64,000 nt of DNA, taken from positions 4,128,001 through 4,192,000 of the forward strand of contig OY730476.1 in the NCBI GenBank assembly GCA_963422735.1, in the 5' to 3' direction. This document shows, in pieces, positions 20,753 through 30,136 of this stretch. This DNA comes from Candidatus Latescibacterota bacterium. Its GTDB lineage: Bacteria > Latescibacterota > UBA2968 > UBA8231. The notes below the pieces were generated by a model. That model was not told the DNA's origin and did not search any database. It was given only the letters and a program-made list of their open reading frames with translations. How positions within the stretch are numbered: the first letter of the stretch is position 1; every line of letters begins with the position of its first letter. A program made the position numbers and the translations under genes.

Positions 20753-21772
20753 TCAGCTCGCCATAATTTCGGCCACAGCAATCAATTCGCCACCGCGCCG
20801 CGCCGACTCCCACCCCGCCAACACCGGGGCTAGTGAATAGAGGCCATCGGCATAGTCGTTGAGAAGCAGGGCGCGGTTGTCGGTGCGCACGGTCTCAATG
20901 AAGACGCGGTCTTGCTCAAACCACGGGTCGAATTCCTCCGACGCGTACGCGATTTCCCCATTGACCTCGATCCGGTCGTACATCCACAGTGCTAAGCATC
21001 CCCCTTCGTAAAAAATGGTGAAGCGCGGCTCGTCGCCCGGGGTAGCGGGCGTGGTGGCGAGGAACGTCGAGGTCATGGTCGCTCCGTTTGCCAATAGAAA
21101 ATTAAACGAACACGACAGCGGCATATTGTACCGAGGGGGATGGTAGTAAAACGCTTGGGCTTGGGTAATATCGAGGCCGCTCATAAAGCGCGCGCAGTCA
21201 ACGGCGTGAACCCCCCAGTCGAAGGCCGAGCCGCCGGCCTTGTCCATCTGATGGTGCCAACTGTCCGGGTCGGGGACCTCGGCTTCGAGCAGGGGCAAGC
21301 CGGCCGTGCTCTGGAAGCGGATGTGGGTGATGGCCTTATTCGCGAGCAGGCGGCGGGCCTTCTGAAAGAGCGGACGGTAGCGCTCGCGAAAACAGACTGT
21401 TGAGATCGCGCCTCCCTCGGCGACTGCATCGGCAATGCGCCGCGCAACGGCCATGCTGGTTGCTTGCGGTTTCTCGCTGAACAGGTGGATGCCCCGCGCT
21501 GCGGCCGCAGCTTCCACATCGGTGCGCGCAAAGGCCGGCACGACCGAATAGAGTGCATCGAACTGTTCCTCGGCGAGCATTTGGTGAGGGTCCGCATAGG
21601 TGCGGGCGATGGAGAATTTTTGCGCGGCGGCGGCGAGGTTTCCCGGGTTGAGGTCACTCGCGGCGACCAATTCGACGCCGTCTAGCTTGCTCAGGTTGGG
21701 CAGGTGAGTTTGGTTGGCGAAACGGCCGGTGCCATAAATGCCGACGCGCACCAGGCGATTGTTTGCGGGCAT
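20753..21772 (-). CDS. Gfo/Idh/MocA-family oxidoreductase
   Basis: VRVGIYGTG, HLFSEKP, DWGVHAVD. Confidence 0.9.
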   Translation of the reverse strand: MPANNRLVRVGIYGTGRFANQTHLPNLSKLDGVELVAASDLNPGNLAAAAQKFSIARTYADPHQMLAEEQFDALYSVVPAFARTDVEAAAAARGIHLFSEKPQATSMAVARRIADAVAEGGAISTVCFRERYRPLFQKARRLLANKAITHIRFQSTAGLPLLEAEVPDPDSWHHQMDKAGGSAFDWGVHAVDCARFMSGLDITQAQAFYYHPPRYNMPLSCSFNFLLANGATMTSTFLATTPATPGDEPRFTIFYEGGCLALWMYDRIEVNGEIAYASEEFDPWFEQDRVFIETVRTDNRALLLNDYADGLYSLAPVLAGWESARRGGELIAVAEIMAS

Positions 21773-21929
21773 AGGGATAATCCTTTGTTGATAGCTTTAT
21801 GTACAGCGGAGCAAAATGGGCAAGAAAAGAAGAAAGGAACCCATGCGCCAGACCGCTTTGAGGCGGGTCGCGGGGCAATCTGATGCGCTCATGCAGCCTT
21901 CGTCGGCAAGTGTGCGAACGCAGCCTACG

Positions 21930-22242
21930 AGAAAGGTGAGATGCAAAGTTTCTATACGGTTGATTACCAAGCTGCGATCTAACGCGAAAGATCAACTCAT
22001 GCCGATGGCCGACAAACTCCTGCTGCACAAGCGAGCCCTGAGCGAAACCATCATCGATCAACTTAAAAACATCGCCCAGATTGAATACACAAGGCTTCAC
22101 CGCGACGGTCCTGCCTAAAGGCCGGGTGAAGCAGACGCGCCCATCTATGATCCATCTCATCGGCGGATTAATTGCCTACGGCCACCAATCGAAAAAATCA
22201 ATGGATCCCTCCAAGTAGAAGCCGCTTAACCTGAACTCGCGT
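21930..22242 (+). mobile_element. IS982-family transposase C-terminal remnant with probable right end
   Basis: LITKLRSN...DKLLLHKRALSETIIDQLKNIAQIE...LIGGLIAY.HQ.KK; followed by TAACCTGAACTCGCGT, resembling IS982 ends. Confidence 0.75.
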
Positions 22243-22395
22243 CAAAAAAGGGATTTTCGATGAATAAAGCTGTTGGTCTCTCTTGGAAAAAAGCGTACCA
22301 ACGGTTTATTATTATGTAACTTCGGCATCGCTTTATTCAAACTAGCTTACGACCCAAATCTGTATTCGATGATCCCTCTCTCAGCCAGCTCACGG

Positions 22396-24516
22396 CTAAC
22401 GCGCCAATTCCAATCCCGCTTCTTGCAGGTACCCCTCACACTCGGCCAGCGATTCGCCGACTAGCAGTACGGTAGCGAAAGAACGGGCTTGGGTTGGATC
22501 GGTGGTAAAAAGCACCCCACCGCTCAACTGTTTGCCATCGGGCATCAGTCGAGCCGGATGTGCGGCTTCCAAGGCCGCAGCGCATTCGGCCAAGCCGACG
22601 AATCCAGCCGCTGTTACCTCGCGGCGGTTGAGCACCAGCCATAGGGCCGTGCGCGCCGCATTAATCGCCTGTTGCAGCTTGAGTGCCACCCGACCCATCG
22701 TCGTGCGCGGATTGACCTCCACAATCGGCTTTAGCCGCAGATGGTCGCGGCCGCGGTACACCATGGCATCCACGCCGACCGGCCCCTGATACCCAGCAGT
22801 TCGCATCGGCTCGGCAAGCCATTCGGCCAACTGCTCGCCCAAGTGCTGTAAACGGCGTGCATCGCGGCCATCGCCGTAGAGAAACCGCTTCACCTCCTCG
22901 TCGAGGCCAGCGATAAGCGAGCCAACAAAAGTGCCGCGATACTGGCCGCGGCCATCGGTGGTAAATCGCGTCCAGCCGGTCACCTCCGCGCCCTCGGCCC
23001 CCACATCGAAGTGCAGCGACAGATCCACCACCTTGTCGAGCCACGGCTCGACTACTACTTGGCCTTGCTGCCGCAAAATGTTCTTCAACCGGCCGCGTTG
23101 CTCTGTGCGTACTTGACCCCCACGGCAGTGGATTTGGCCGCGACCCGAAGAGCCGTATATGGCCTTGACGACCACCGAGTCAAAGCCCGCCTCCGCCAAG
23201 CGCCCGATCTCCGCCAAAACTTGATCGGTCGCCGCGCAGGCCGTGCCGACTACATCCGCCCCACAGAGATAATCGGCCTCCTGCGCCGCGAGGAATTCGG
23301 CCAGACGCGCCGCGCTCCACGACTTGGCGTAGAGCGGCCGGAGCGGCCGGCCCCAGCAAGACTTTTCTCCACCGCGAGGCAAGCCCGCGATCAAGGGCGC
23401 AAGCAACCGGGCGCTATCTGGGCTCCAGCCCCAAGGTCTGAGCGCATTGACCTTGCGCTCGGCAAGCGCCGCTAGGCCCTCCGCGCTGCACTCGACGAAT
23501 TCCGGAATCGCAAAGCCCAACTCCTGCATCCGCCGCAAAAAGGCCGGCGATGGCTTCTCTCGCAGGAGCACGACATCGTCGCGGGCGCACAACAGCATGG
23601 GTAGCGCTTGGAAGTCGGCCTCCAGTTCGGCCACCTGCCGAGGCGGCGTAAGACCCGGCCGCCCCAAGGCCACCTGCTCCTCGCAGTTGGCGTTGAACCA
23701 GTACGCGGTCGGGCAGCGTCCCCGCGACTGCGAAAACAGCTCTAACTCGTCGATATAGCCCGCAGAAAGCCCAGCCTTGAGCCGACCCGTGCGGTTGAAG
23801 CCAATGCCCTTGGCCCGCGCCGGCCCCAGCGGGAAGCGCAGTGCCCGACGATAGGCTTCCCACTCGCTCAGCCCGGCCTCCTGCCAGCGTCTAAACCACG
23901 TCAACCCGTGTTTGACGTGGCCGATTTCGTCGCGGTAGATCCGCTCCAGAATCGCCGCGGTTTCTGGGTCGTCCAATTGCCGATAGACCTGGGCGTAGTG
24001 CCTTGCGTAGTCGAGATTGGCTTGTTCGAGGGTCAGGCTCAAGCCCGTTACAAAATCCATCGGAGTCTGCATCGGCCCGATGGACTTCCAGAAAAAATCG
24101 CCGACGGGTATCTCGCCAAATTGCACCCCAATCGCCTGCATCCGCTGCTGGTAGAGCCACACGTGTTCTTGCTCGTCTTTAAGCGTCTGCACCAAGCCGC
24201 GGCGAAACTTCTCCGGTGCCTGCGGAAATTTGAGTAGGGCCAGCGCCATCAGCTCCAAGGCAAGCAACTCGTGGTTGGCAAAAAAGTGCAAGACCAGCCC
24301 GCGCTCTTTTTCGCTGTGGAAGTGGCGCACGTCGCGGAAGCGGAGCTTTTCCCGGTGGTGCCACTCGTCCAGTCCCAAGCCGGGCGGGCGGCCCGGAGCG
24401 CCGGGGGTCGCAATCCCCATACCGGGTGCGCAGTCCTCGTAGCGGTCCAGGACGACGAGCTTATCTTCCCAGCGCGTTCCGAAGAGTATCTGCTCGGCAA
24501 ATTGGCGAATTTCCAT
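22396..24516 (-). CDS. Ferritin-like DUF455 domain fused to an ATP-grasp domain
   Basis: HFFANHELLALE, DEQEH, LEQANLD, DEIGHV diiron-type motifs; VVVKAIYGSSGRG, VVEPW, GPVGVDA, EVNPR ATP-grasp motifs. Confidence 0.8.
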   Translation of the reverse strand: MEIRQFAEQILFGTRWEDKLVVLDRYEDCAPGMGIATPGAPGRPPGLGLDEWHHREKLRFRDVRHFHSEKERGLVLHFFANHELLALELMALALLKFPQAPEKFRRGLVQTLKDEQEHVWLYQQRMQAIGVQFGEIPVGDFFWKSIGPMQTPMDFVTGLSLTLEQANLDYARHYAQVYRQLDDPETAAILERIYRDEIGHVKHGLTWFRRWQEAGLSEWEAYRRALRFPLGPARAKGIGFNRTGRLKAGLSAGYIDELELFSQSRGRCPTAYWFNANCEEQVALGRPGLTPPRQVAELEADFQALPMLLCARDDVVLLREKPSPAFLRRMQELGFAIPEFVECSAEGLAALAERKVNALRPWGWSPDSARLLAPLIAGLPRGGEKSCWGRPLRPLYAKSWSAARLAEFLAAQEADYLCGADVVGTACAATDQVLAEIGRLAEAGFDSVVVKAIYGSSGRGQIHCRGGQVRTEQRGRLKNILRQQGQVVVEPWLDKVVDLSLHFDVGAEGAEVTGWTRFTTDGRGQYRGTFVGSLIAGLDEEVKRFLYGDGRDARRLQHLGEQLAEWLAEPMRTAGYQGPVGVDAMVYRGRDHLRLKPIVEVNPRTTMGRVALKLQQAINAARTALWLVLNRREVTAAGFVGLAECAAALEAAHPARLMPDGKQLSGGVLFTTDPTQARSFATVLLVGESLAECEGYLQEAGLELAR

Positions 24517-24603
24517 GCCGCCAATATAACGCATTCCCTACCTTGACACTTGGCTTGCCCCGCCGTATCTAGCCTACTCTACTGCTTCCAAAAGGAGTCC
24601 CTA

Positions 24604-25866
24604 ATGCAGATCCAATCCGTCGAACTCATCCACTTGGACGTTCCATTTACTGCCCACACCGACCAGCAGATGAAGTATTGGCTGCCGCATTGGCGCATCG
24701 TCCAACTCTGCAAAATCACCCTCGCCGACGGCACCATAGGCTGGGGCGAAACCGTTCCCAATTACACGTGGGCCAAAGTCCCCGAGGACATCGAGGACCA
24801 CATCGTCGGCCGCGCCGTCGGCGATCTGCTATGGCAGGATGCGCTGGGTGCCGGGGTCCAGCAGGCACTTTTCGACGCAGTGGGCAAGGTCTTGGGCACC
24901 CCGGCCTATCGCCTGTTGGGCACCAAGGTCCGCACGTGGTGTCCGCTGTCGTGGTGGGCCATGGACATGCCGCCCGCCGACTGGGCGCGCCAGTGCGCTG
25001 ACGCCGTCGCACAGGGCTATACCACTGCCAAGCTCAAAGCGCGGACTTGGTGCGATCTGCACGCCTGTATCCAAGCCATCGTCGAGGCCGTTCCCCCGCA
25101 GTTCAAGCTCGACTTGGACTTCAATGGTACGCTCGCCAACGCCGCTAGTGCCGTCGAGTTTTTGGCGACCTTGGAGCAATACCCGCAGGTGGCCATGATT
25201 GAATCGCCGATCCCCCAAACCGATGTGGCTGGCAACGCCCAAATCCGCAACCACATCCGCCGCCCGCTGGCCATGCACTACGGCTCGCCGCCGATTCTCA
25301 CCACCCTGCAAGAGGACGTCGCCGATGGCTTTGTCATCGGCGCTGGGGCTCACGGCATCGCGCAGCAAGCCGCTGTTGCAGACGTGGCCAACAAGCCCTT
25401 CTGGCTCCAGCTCGTCGGCACGGGCATCACCACCACGTGGGCCGCCCACTTGGGCGCGGTCTGTCCCCAGAGCAAGTGGCCGGCCATTACCTGCATGAAC
25501 ATCTGGGAGAGCCAACTGTTGGCCGACCCCATCCAACTGCGCGGCGGCTACTACCGAGTCCCGGAACGGCCCGGCCTCGGCGTCGAGATCGACCTTCAGG
25601 CCATAGAGCAATATCAGGTGGATTACAGTTGGGTCGATCCGCCCCGCCACATCTATCGCTATGTCCGCGCCAACGGCGAAGTCACCTACTATGGCTGCTC
25701 CAAGCAGGCTCTCCACAGCGAATATCCCCGCGACGCCATGCCCATCTGTGAAAGCGGGTCCGAATGCCTCCCCGTCGAAGACGACGGCAGCCGCGAGTTC
25801 GCCCAGATTTACGAGGCCGTGCAGGATGGAGGGACGTTTAGAAGGGTAGAGCAGACCCAACCGTAA
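24604..25866 (+). CDS. Mandelate racemase/muconate lactonizing enzyme family (enolase superfamily)
   Basis: GWGE, ALFDAVGK.LG.P.Y.LLG, KLK, LDFN, IESP, PGLGVEID. Confidence 0.88.
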   Translation: MQIQSVELIHLDVPFTAHTDQQMKYWLPHWRIVQLCKITLADGTIGWGETVPNYTWAKVPEDIEDHIVGRAVGDLLWQDALGAGVQQALFDAVGKVLGTPAYRLLGTKVRTWCPLSWWAMDMPPADWARQCADAVAQGYTTAKLKARTWCDLHACIQAIVEAVPPQFKLDLDFNGTLANAASAVEFLATLEQYPQVAMIESPIPQTDVAGNAQIRNHIRRPLAMHYGSPPILTTLQEDVADGFVIGAGAHGIAQQAAVADVANKPFWLQLVGTGITTTWAAHLGAVCPQSKWPAITCMNIWESQLLADPIQLRGGYYRVPERPGLGVEIDLQAIEQYQVDYSWVDPPRHIYRYVRANGEVTYYGCSKQALHSEYPRDAMPICESGSECLPVEDDGSREFAQIYEAVQDGGTFRRVEQTQP

Positions 25867-25884
25867 ACAGGACCTCGTACCCTC

Positions 25885-26045
25885 GCCGCCCTGTGCGCCG
25901 CGAGGCATCGTATTGTACGCGGGGTTGTCCTTCACGCCGTTTCCCTGGCCGGTTCAGGATGAGCGGCAAAGCAGTTTCTTCGGACTGTTATTTGCCGCGA
26001 TCCACGGCTTCCGCATGCCGGTGTTCTCTGTGCTGAGCAGCCATG
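25885..26045 (+). pseudogene. Acyltransferase-3 (OpgC/MdoC-like) fragment
   Basis: WPVQD...IHGFRMPVF motif; no intact gene. Confidence 0.5.
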
Positions 26046-26186
26046 CTTTGGCGCGGACCGCGGCGGTGGCGTTGCAGGCGATCTACGCTTGGATTCGGCT
26101 TGTTTGGCAAACTCTGCACCCGCGAAAACAAAACCATTCGCTACTTGTCGGATTCGTCGTATTGGCTATACATGGCGCACGTACCG

Positions 26187-26243
26187 CTGATCAGTGGTTA
26201 GTGGTTAGTGGTTAGTGGTTAGTGGTTAGTGATCAGTGGTTAG
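26187..26243. repeat. Heptamer tandem array (AGTGGTT)n with AGTGATC variant
   Basis: About seven consecutive units read directly. Confidence 0.92.
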
Positions 26244-26505
26244 CAACGGTATGGATGACATACTTCGCGGAAAGATTGCCACCCGTCGTGATTACGGCTC
26301 GACCCGTGGGACAACCGCCCTGCTTGGCGCGGATTGCACTGCATTCCGCCGCGATGGCCGGTCCCCCGGCGCGGTGAATGGCACCATCGACGCCACCACC
26401 GCCCGTAAGTCCCACGTTGGCAGCGTTGACAATTGCATCGACTCGTTCCCTTGTAATATCGCCTCGTATAAGTTTGAGGGACGCTTGGTTGATTTTCGTC
26501 GTCAT
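26233..26505 (-). pseudogene. Macro domain (YmdB-like ADP-ribose hydrolase), 3'-truncated
   Basis: [31 protein letters not shown], then runs into the heptamer array. Confidence 0.85.
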
Positions 26506-26634
26506 AAAAGGTCTCCTTGCCAATCACCACGAGATCGGCTTCTCGATCGTGGTCTCAATGGGTTGGGATTCATAGGTTTCAGCAAAATGGGGTACTGGCC
26601 CTACCAAATGAGTGATGAGTGTTGACTGGCGGCG

Positions 26635-26700
26635 CGGCACGATGGCCGCGTGACCATCGGCGGCCTCGCCAACCATTTTCTTGTTCGATCGGCGCGTGCA
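26635..26700 (-). pseudogene. NarL-type response regulator receiver fragment
   Basis: MVGEAADGHAAI directly downstream of the kinase remnant. Confidence 0.5.
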
Positions 26701-26712
26701 GTACTCGGCGCA

Positions 26713-27196
26713 CTATAGTGTGGCTTCTTCTTCAGACAGGGAACTCGGAAGCGTTAGTAGGCAGCGCGTGCCTTTCCCGGGCCTCGATTCAATCGTCAAA
26801 TGGCCGCCGATATAGAGCAGATGCTCTTGAATACTGAATAGACTGAAGTGGTTGGCTTGATCCATCTCGTCCAAATGCGCGCCATCAAAGCCTTCGCCCG
26901 CGTCTTCTACTACCACCTGCAGCCGGGCTACATCTCGACGCAAGGAGACGGTGGCTTGGTCTGTGTTGGTATGCCGAGCGACATTCACCAGCAACTCGCG
27001 AATGAACCTGCACACTAAGCCGCGTGTATCGTGGTTGGACTTCCACGCGCACGGTCAACCCGTAATGGGAATGAATGAGGTCGCCGAGTTGGTACAAACC
27101 CCATGCCGTAGCGCACGAGTGAGCTGCTGTCAAAGGTCATGGACCGGATGAGGTGAGCCCTCTCGTCCATGTCCCTCTCCAATGCGTCAATCAAGG
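26713..27196 (-). pseudogene. HisKA_3-type sensor kinase, 3' part (HATPase_c)
   Basis: RELLVNVARH, VEDAGEGFD, FSLFSIQE, IESRPGKGT; frameshifted. Confidence 0.8.
26953..27196. repeat. ~240-bp diverged direct repeat, copy 1 (copy 2 at 29337-29580)
   Basis: Shared blocks such as GAGCGACATTCACCAGCAACTCGCGAATGAACCTG and CCAATGCGTCAATCAAGG. Confidence 0.92.
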
Positions 27197-27271
27197 GATG
27201 CGTTGTATCCCGAGCGTCTGTCAAGGGGTATCCACCGGATAAGACGCTAGGAGGCACCACGTTGTAGATGG

Positions 27272-27318
27272 ATTTTATTGCAATAAATTGCCATTAAAGG
27301 TATTTTATTGCTATGAAA
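27272..27318 (+). promoter_or_regulatory. Probable AbiEi autoregulatory operators
   Basis: Perfect palindrome TTTATTGCAATAAA at 27274-27287 and an imperfect copy 30 bp downstream overlapping the ATG. Confidence 0.6.
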
Positions 27319-27951
27319 TTCGATCAATTCCTCGCCATCGTTGCCGATGAGCCGGTGTTTGAAACCGGCCTGCTCTTGGCCGGATCTGTAAACCCAAGCG
27401 ATATGCGGCGACAGCTTGTGCGCTGGACCCAAGCCGGACGACTGCACCAGCTACGGCGCGGGCTTTACGCGCTGGCACCGCCCTATCGTCAAACCGTGTC
27501 CCATCCCTTCCTCGTCGCCAATCGACTGGTGCGCAGCTCTTATGTCAGTGGTCTGTCGGCGTTGGCACACGCTGGTATGATTCCCGAGTACGTGTCGGAA
27601 GTGACCAGTGTGACCGGTGGGCGTCCCCAGCTTTGCCAGACGCCGCTAGGTCGCTTTTCTTTTCGCCATCTCAAGACCGATCTGCTCTACGGCTATCAAC
27701 AAATGGAGGTGGTGCGTGGCCAATCGGCTTTTGTCGCCGCGCCAGAAAAGGCACTGCTCGATCTGATCTATCTACAGCCGAATGGTGACGCACCTGCCTA
27801 TATCCATGAACTACGCCTCGACTGGGGCAGCCTAGACCTAGCGGAGTTGGATAGGTTGGCTGCCATCGTCGCCCGTCCCAAATTGCTGAGAGCTGTGCGG
27901 TGCATTCGCGCACTAGCCCAAGACGCGGCGATGGGCTACGAGCAGCTATGA
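27313..27951 (+). CDS. Type IV TA antitoxin, AbiEi family
   Basis: LHQLRRGLY winged helix, SYVSGLSAL..GMIPE, AAPEKALLD. Confidence 0.88.
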   Translation: MKFDQFLAIVADEPVFETGLLLAGSVNPSDMRRQLVRWTQAGRLHQLRRGLYALAPPYRQTVSHPFLVANRLVRSSYVSGLSALAHAGMIPEYVSEVTSVTGGRPQLCQTPLGRFSFRHLKTDLLYGYQQMEVVRGQSAFVAAPEKALLDLIYLQPNGDAPAYIHELRLDWGSLDLAELDRLAAIVARPKLLRAVRCIRALAQDAAMGYEQL

Positions 27952-28751
27952 AGGATCACCTGTTTCGACTCGTGCAGGCGGCCGATCCCTTGCAGGGGCG
28001 CAACATCCTGCGCGAATACTTGCAGGCCCGCATTTTGGATGCTTTACAGCGTGCCGGAGCGATGGTGCCGCTGGCATTTCAAGGGGGCACTAGCCTGCGC
28101 TTTCTCTTTGCGCTACCGCGCTACTCCGAAGATCTCGGCTTTACTCTCGAAGGCGATCCGGCTTCCTACGATTTGCGTGCTTATTTAGCAGCCATTCGTT
28201 CGGAACTTGCTCGCGAGGGGTACGAAGTCGGGCTCGGCTTAAACGACCAGCGGACCGTCCACCGTGCGTTCGTGCGCTTCAGGGGCCTGCTGTACGAGAC
28301 CGGTCTCTCGCCGCATCAAAACGAAGTCCTCGCCGTACAAATCGAGGTCGATACGAACCCGCCAGCCGGTGCTGTGCTGGAAACTAGTTTGGTGCGCCGG
28401 CACGTAACATTGCGGCTCCAGCATCACGACCGAGCTTCCCTGCTGGCCGGCAAACTACATGCGATTCTACAGCGCTCTTACACCAAAGGGCGGGATCTGT
28501 ACGACTTGATATGGTACTTGAGTGACCGGACATGGCCTGCGCCCAATCTATCCCTGCTCAACGCGGCGTTGCAGCAGACGCAGTGGTCCGGCGAGGCTCT
28601 GACGGCACAGACTTGGCGGGAAGTAGTCGGCAGCCGACTACGTGCGCTGGCGTGGGATCGAGTGGCGGCCGATGTGCGTCCGTTTTTGGAACGGGAGGAA
28701 GACGCGGCGCTATTGAACATGGAAACCGCGCTGCAGCTACTGGTTGGCTAA
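27948..28751 (+). CDS. Type IV TA toxin, AbiEii nucleotidyltransferase (catalytic motif altered)
   Basis: FQGGTSLR...RYSEDLGF, AGKLHAIL.R, KGRDLYD; ATGA overlap with the antitoxin. Confidence 0.88.
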   Translation: MKDHLFRLVQAADPLQGRNILREYLQARILDALQRAGAMVPLAFQGGTSLRFLFALPRYSEDLGFTLEGDPASYDLRAYLAAIRSELAREGYEVGLGLNDQRTVHRAFVRFRGLLYETGLSPHQNEVLAVQIEVDTNPPAGAVLETSLVRRHVTLRLQHHDRASLLAGKLHAILQRSYTKGRDLYDLIWYLSDRTWPAPNLSLLNAALQQTQWSGEALTAQTWREVVGSRLRALAWDRVAADVRPFLEREEDAALLNMETALQLLVG

Positions 28752-28868
28752 CTCCCGCTCCATTTCCCCAAAGACCTCCAAGCCGCTCTCCCCGACCTCG
28801 ACCTCGAAGGTCCCCAGTGTTGCACGGGCCTACTCGCGATAGACGGTGAAGAAGATATAGGGGCCGCT

Positions 28869-29276
28869 TTACTGCTCGCCGACATGGAAGTTGATAAAAT
28901 AGATCCCTGATGCGGCCCGTTGCCCCGACATATCGCGTCCGTTCCACACAGATGTAGTCATATAGACGCCGCCGGCCTTGTCCCCCCATGCTAGCGTACG
29001 ACGTTTTGTTTCAGTTCTGCCCGAGGAGTAATACATGGTGTTATTACGGTATGTATCATCGCTATGTCCAAGCCCCGCAGCATGACCTGGCTCGTGGGTC
29101 ATTACATCCCTGAAATCTTTAGGTTGTTCTACGGTCCAAGAGCTTGGATACGTCGCAGACGCAGTCCATTTGTAGTCTGTGTTGAGACGGATATCCGAGG
29201 CAACTACTCCACTGCGTATCCTCGGATACCCTGCGCGAGCTGTTGCCCCACTTAAATCTTCAAACGCGTACTCCAC
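28869..29276 (-). pseudogene. Matrixin-like zinc metalloprotease fragment fused to a FlgD-like C-terminal fragment
   Basis: THEPGHAAGLGHS...TMY Met-turn; VWNGRD.SG...ASGIYF tail. Confidence 0.6.
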
Positions 29277-29336
29277 GAATCCGATCCATTGCGCGTTCTA
29301 TTGGTCGAGGTGCTGGCTACTTGAAATCTAATCGGA

Positions 29337-29580
29337 GGCTTGGTCTGTGTTGGTGTGCGAGCGACATTCACCAGCAACTCGCGAATGAACCTGTATCTCC
29401 CACTTGTCCTCGACTTCCACGCGCACGGTCAACCCGTAATGGGAATGAATGAGGTCGCCGAGTGCCGCTAGCCTGGTATGAATCCCATGCCGTAGAGCAC
29501 GGGTGAACTGCTGTCGAAGGTCATGGATCGGATGAGGTGAGCCCTCTCGTCTATGTCCCTTTCCAATGCGTCAATCAAGG
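29337..29580. repeat. ~240-bp diverged direct repeat, copy 2
   Basis: Aligns by eye to 26953-27196 with substitutions and indels. Confidence 0.92.
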
Positions 29581-30092
29581 CTTCGCGTTCGGCGTCGTCG
29601 GAATGCCGCAGTGAATTGACCTTGACCTTCGACAGCACAGCATCTGCCCGATGGAATCGTGGAGACCAGTCCCAAGGCGCCCCCGCTCGCGCTCCCGGTC
29701 GGTCAAAAGCTTGGCCGCCAGCGTCTGCAACTTCTGGAGAGGTCTCTCCATGCGCTTATGCTTGCTGACTTGCGGAGGATGCCTTGATAGACTGTGGAAG
29801 CACCGTCCGAGGTTGGCCGAACCGAGACTGTTATGAGCGCGTCGGATCGGTGCCCGGCGCGGGTTCTAAACGCCGCTGCAAGGTCGCGCACGGACTCTTC
29901 CTGAAACTGCTTGTAATCGTCTATGCTCGCGTAGAGGTTGCAGATGTTTGAGCCGAGCGCAGGCAAATAGGATACTAGCGGGGTCCCGCCCCGCTCGGCG
30001 ACGAAGAGGGCATCTGGCGACGCTTCAAACAGGCCGCGATAGAGGTCTTGGTCGCGCTCAATTTTTTTGGCTTAGGCTTGATGGATACTCCT
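29337..30092 (-). pseudogene. PAS-domain HisKA_3 sensor kinase, 5' part
   Basis: YRGLFEASPDALFV (PAS start), YQGILR, ERERGRL.TGLHDSIGQML (H-box); several frameshifts. Confidence 0.75.
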
Positions 30093-30136
30093 TAATGATT
30101 GAGCGTCCTGCTTTAGGACCACTGGACGACTCAAGA

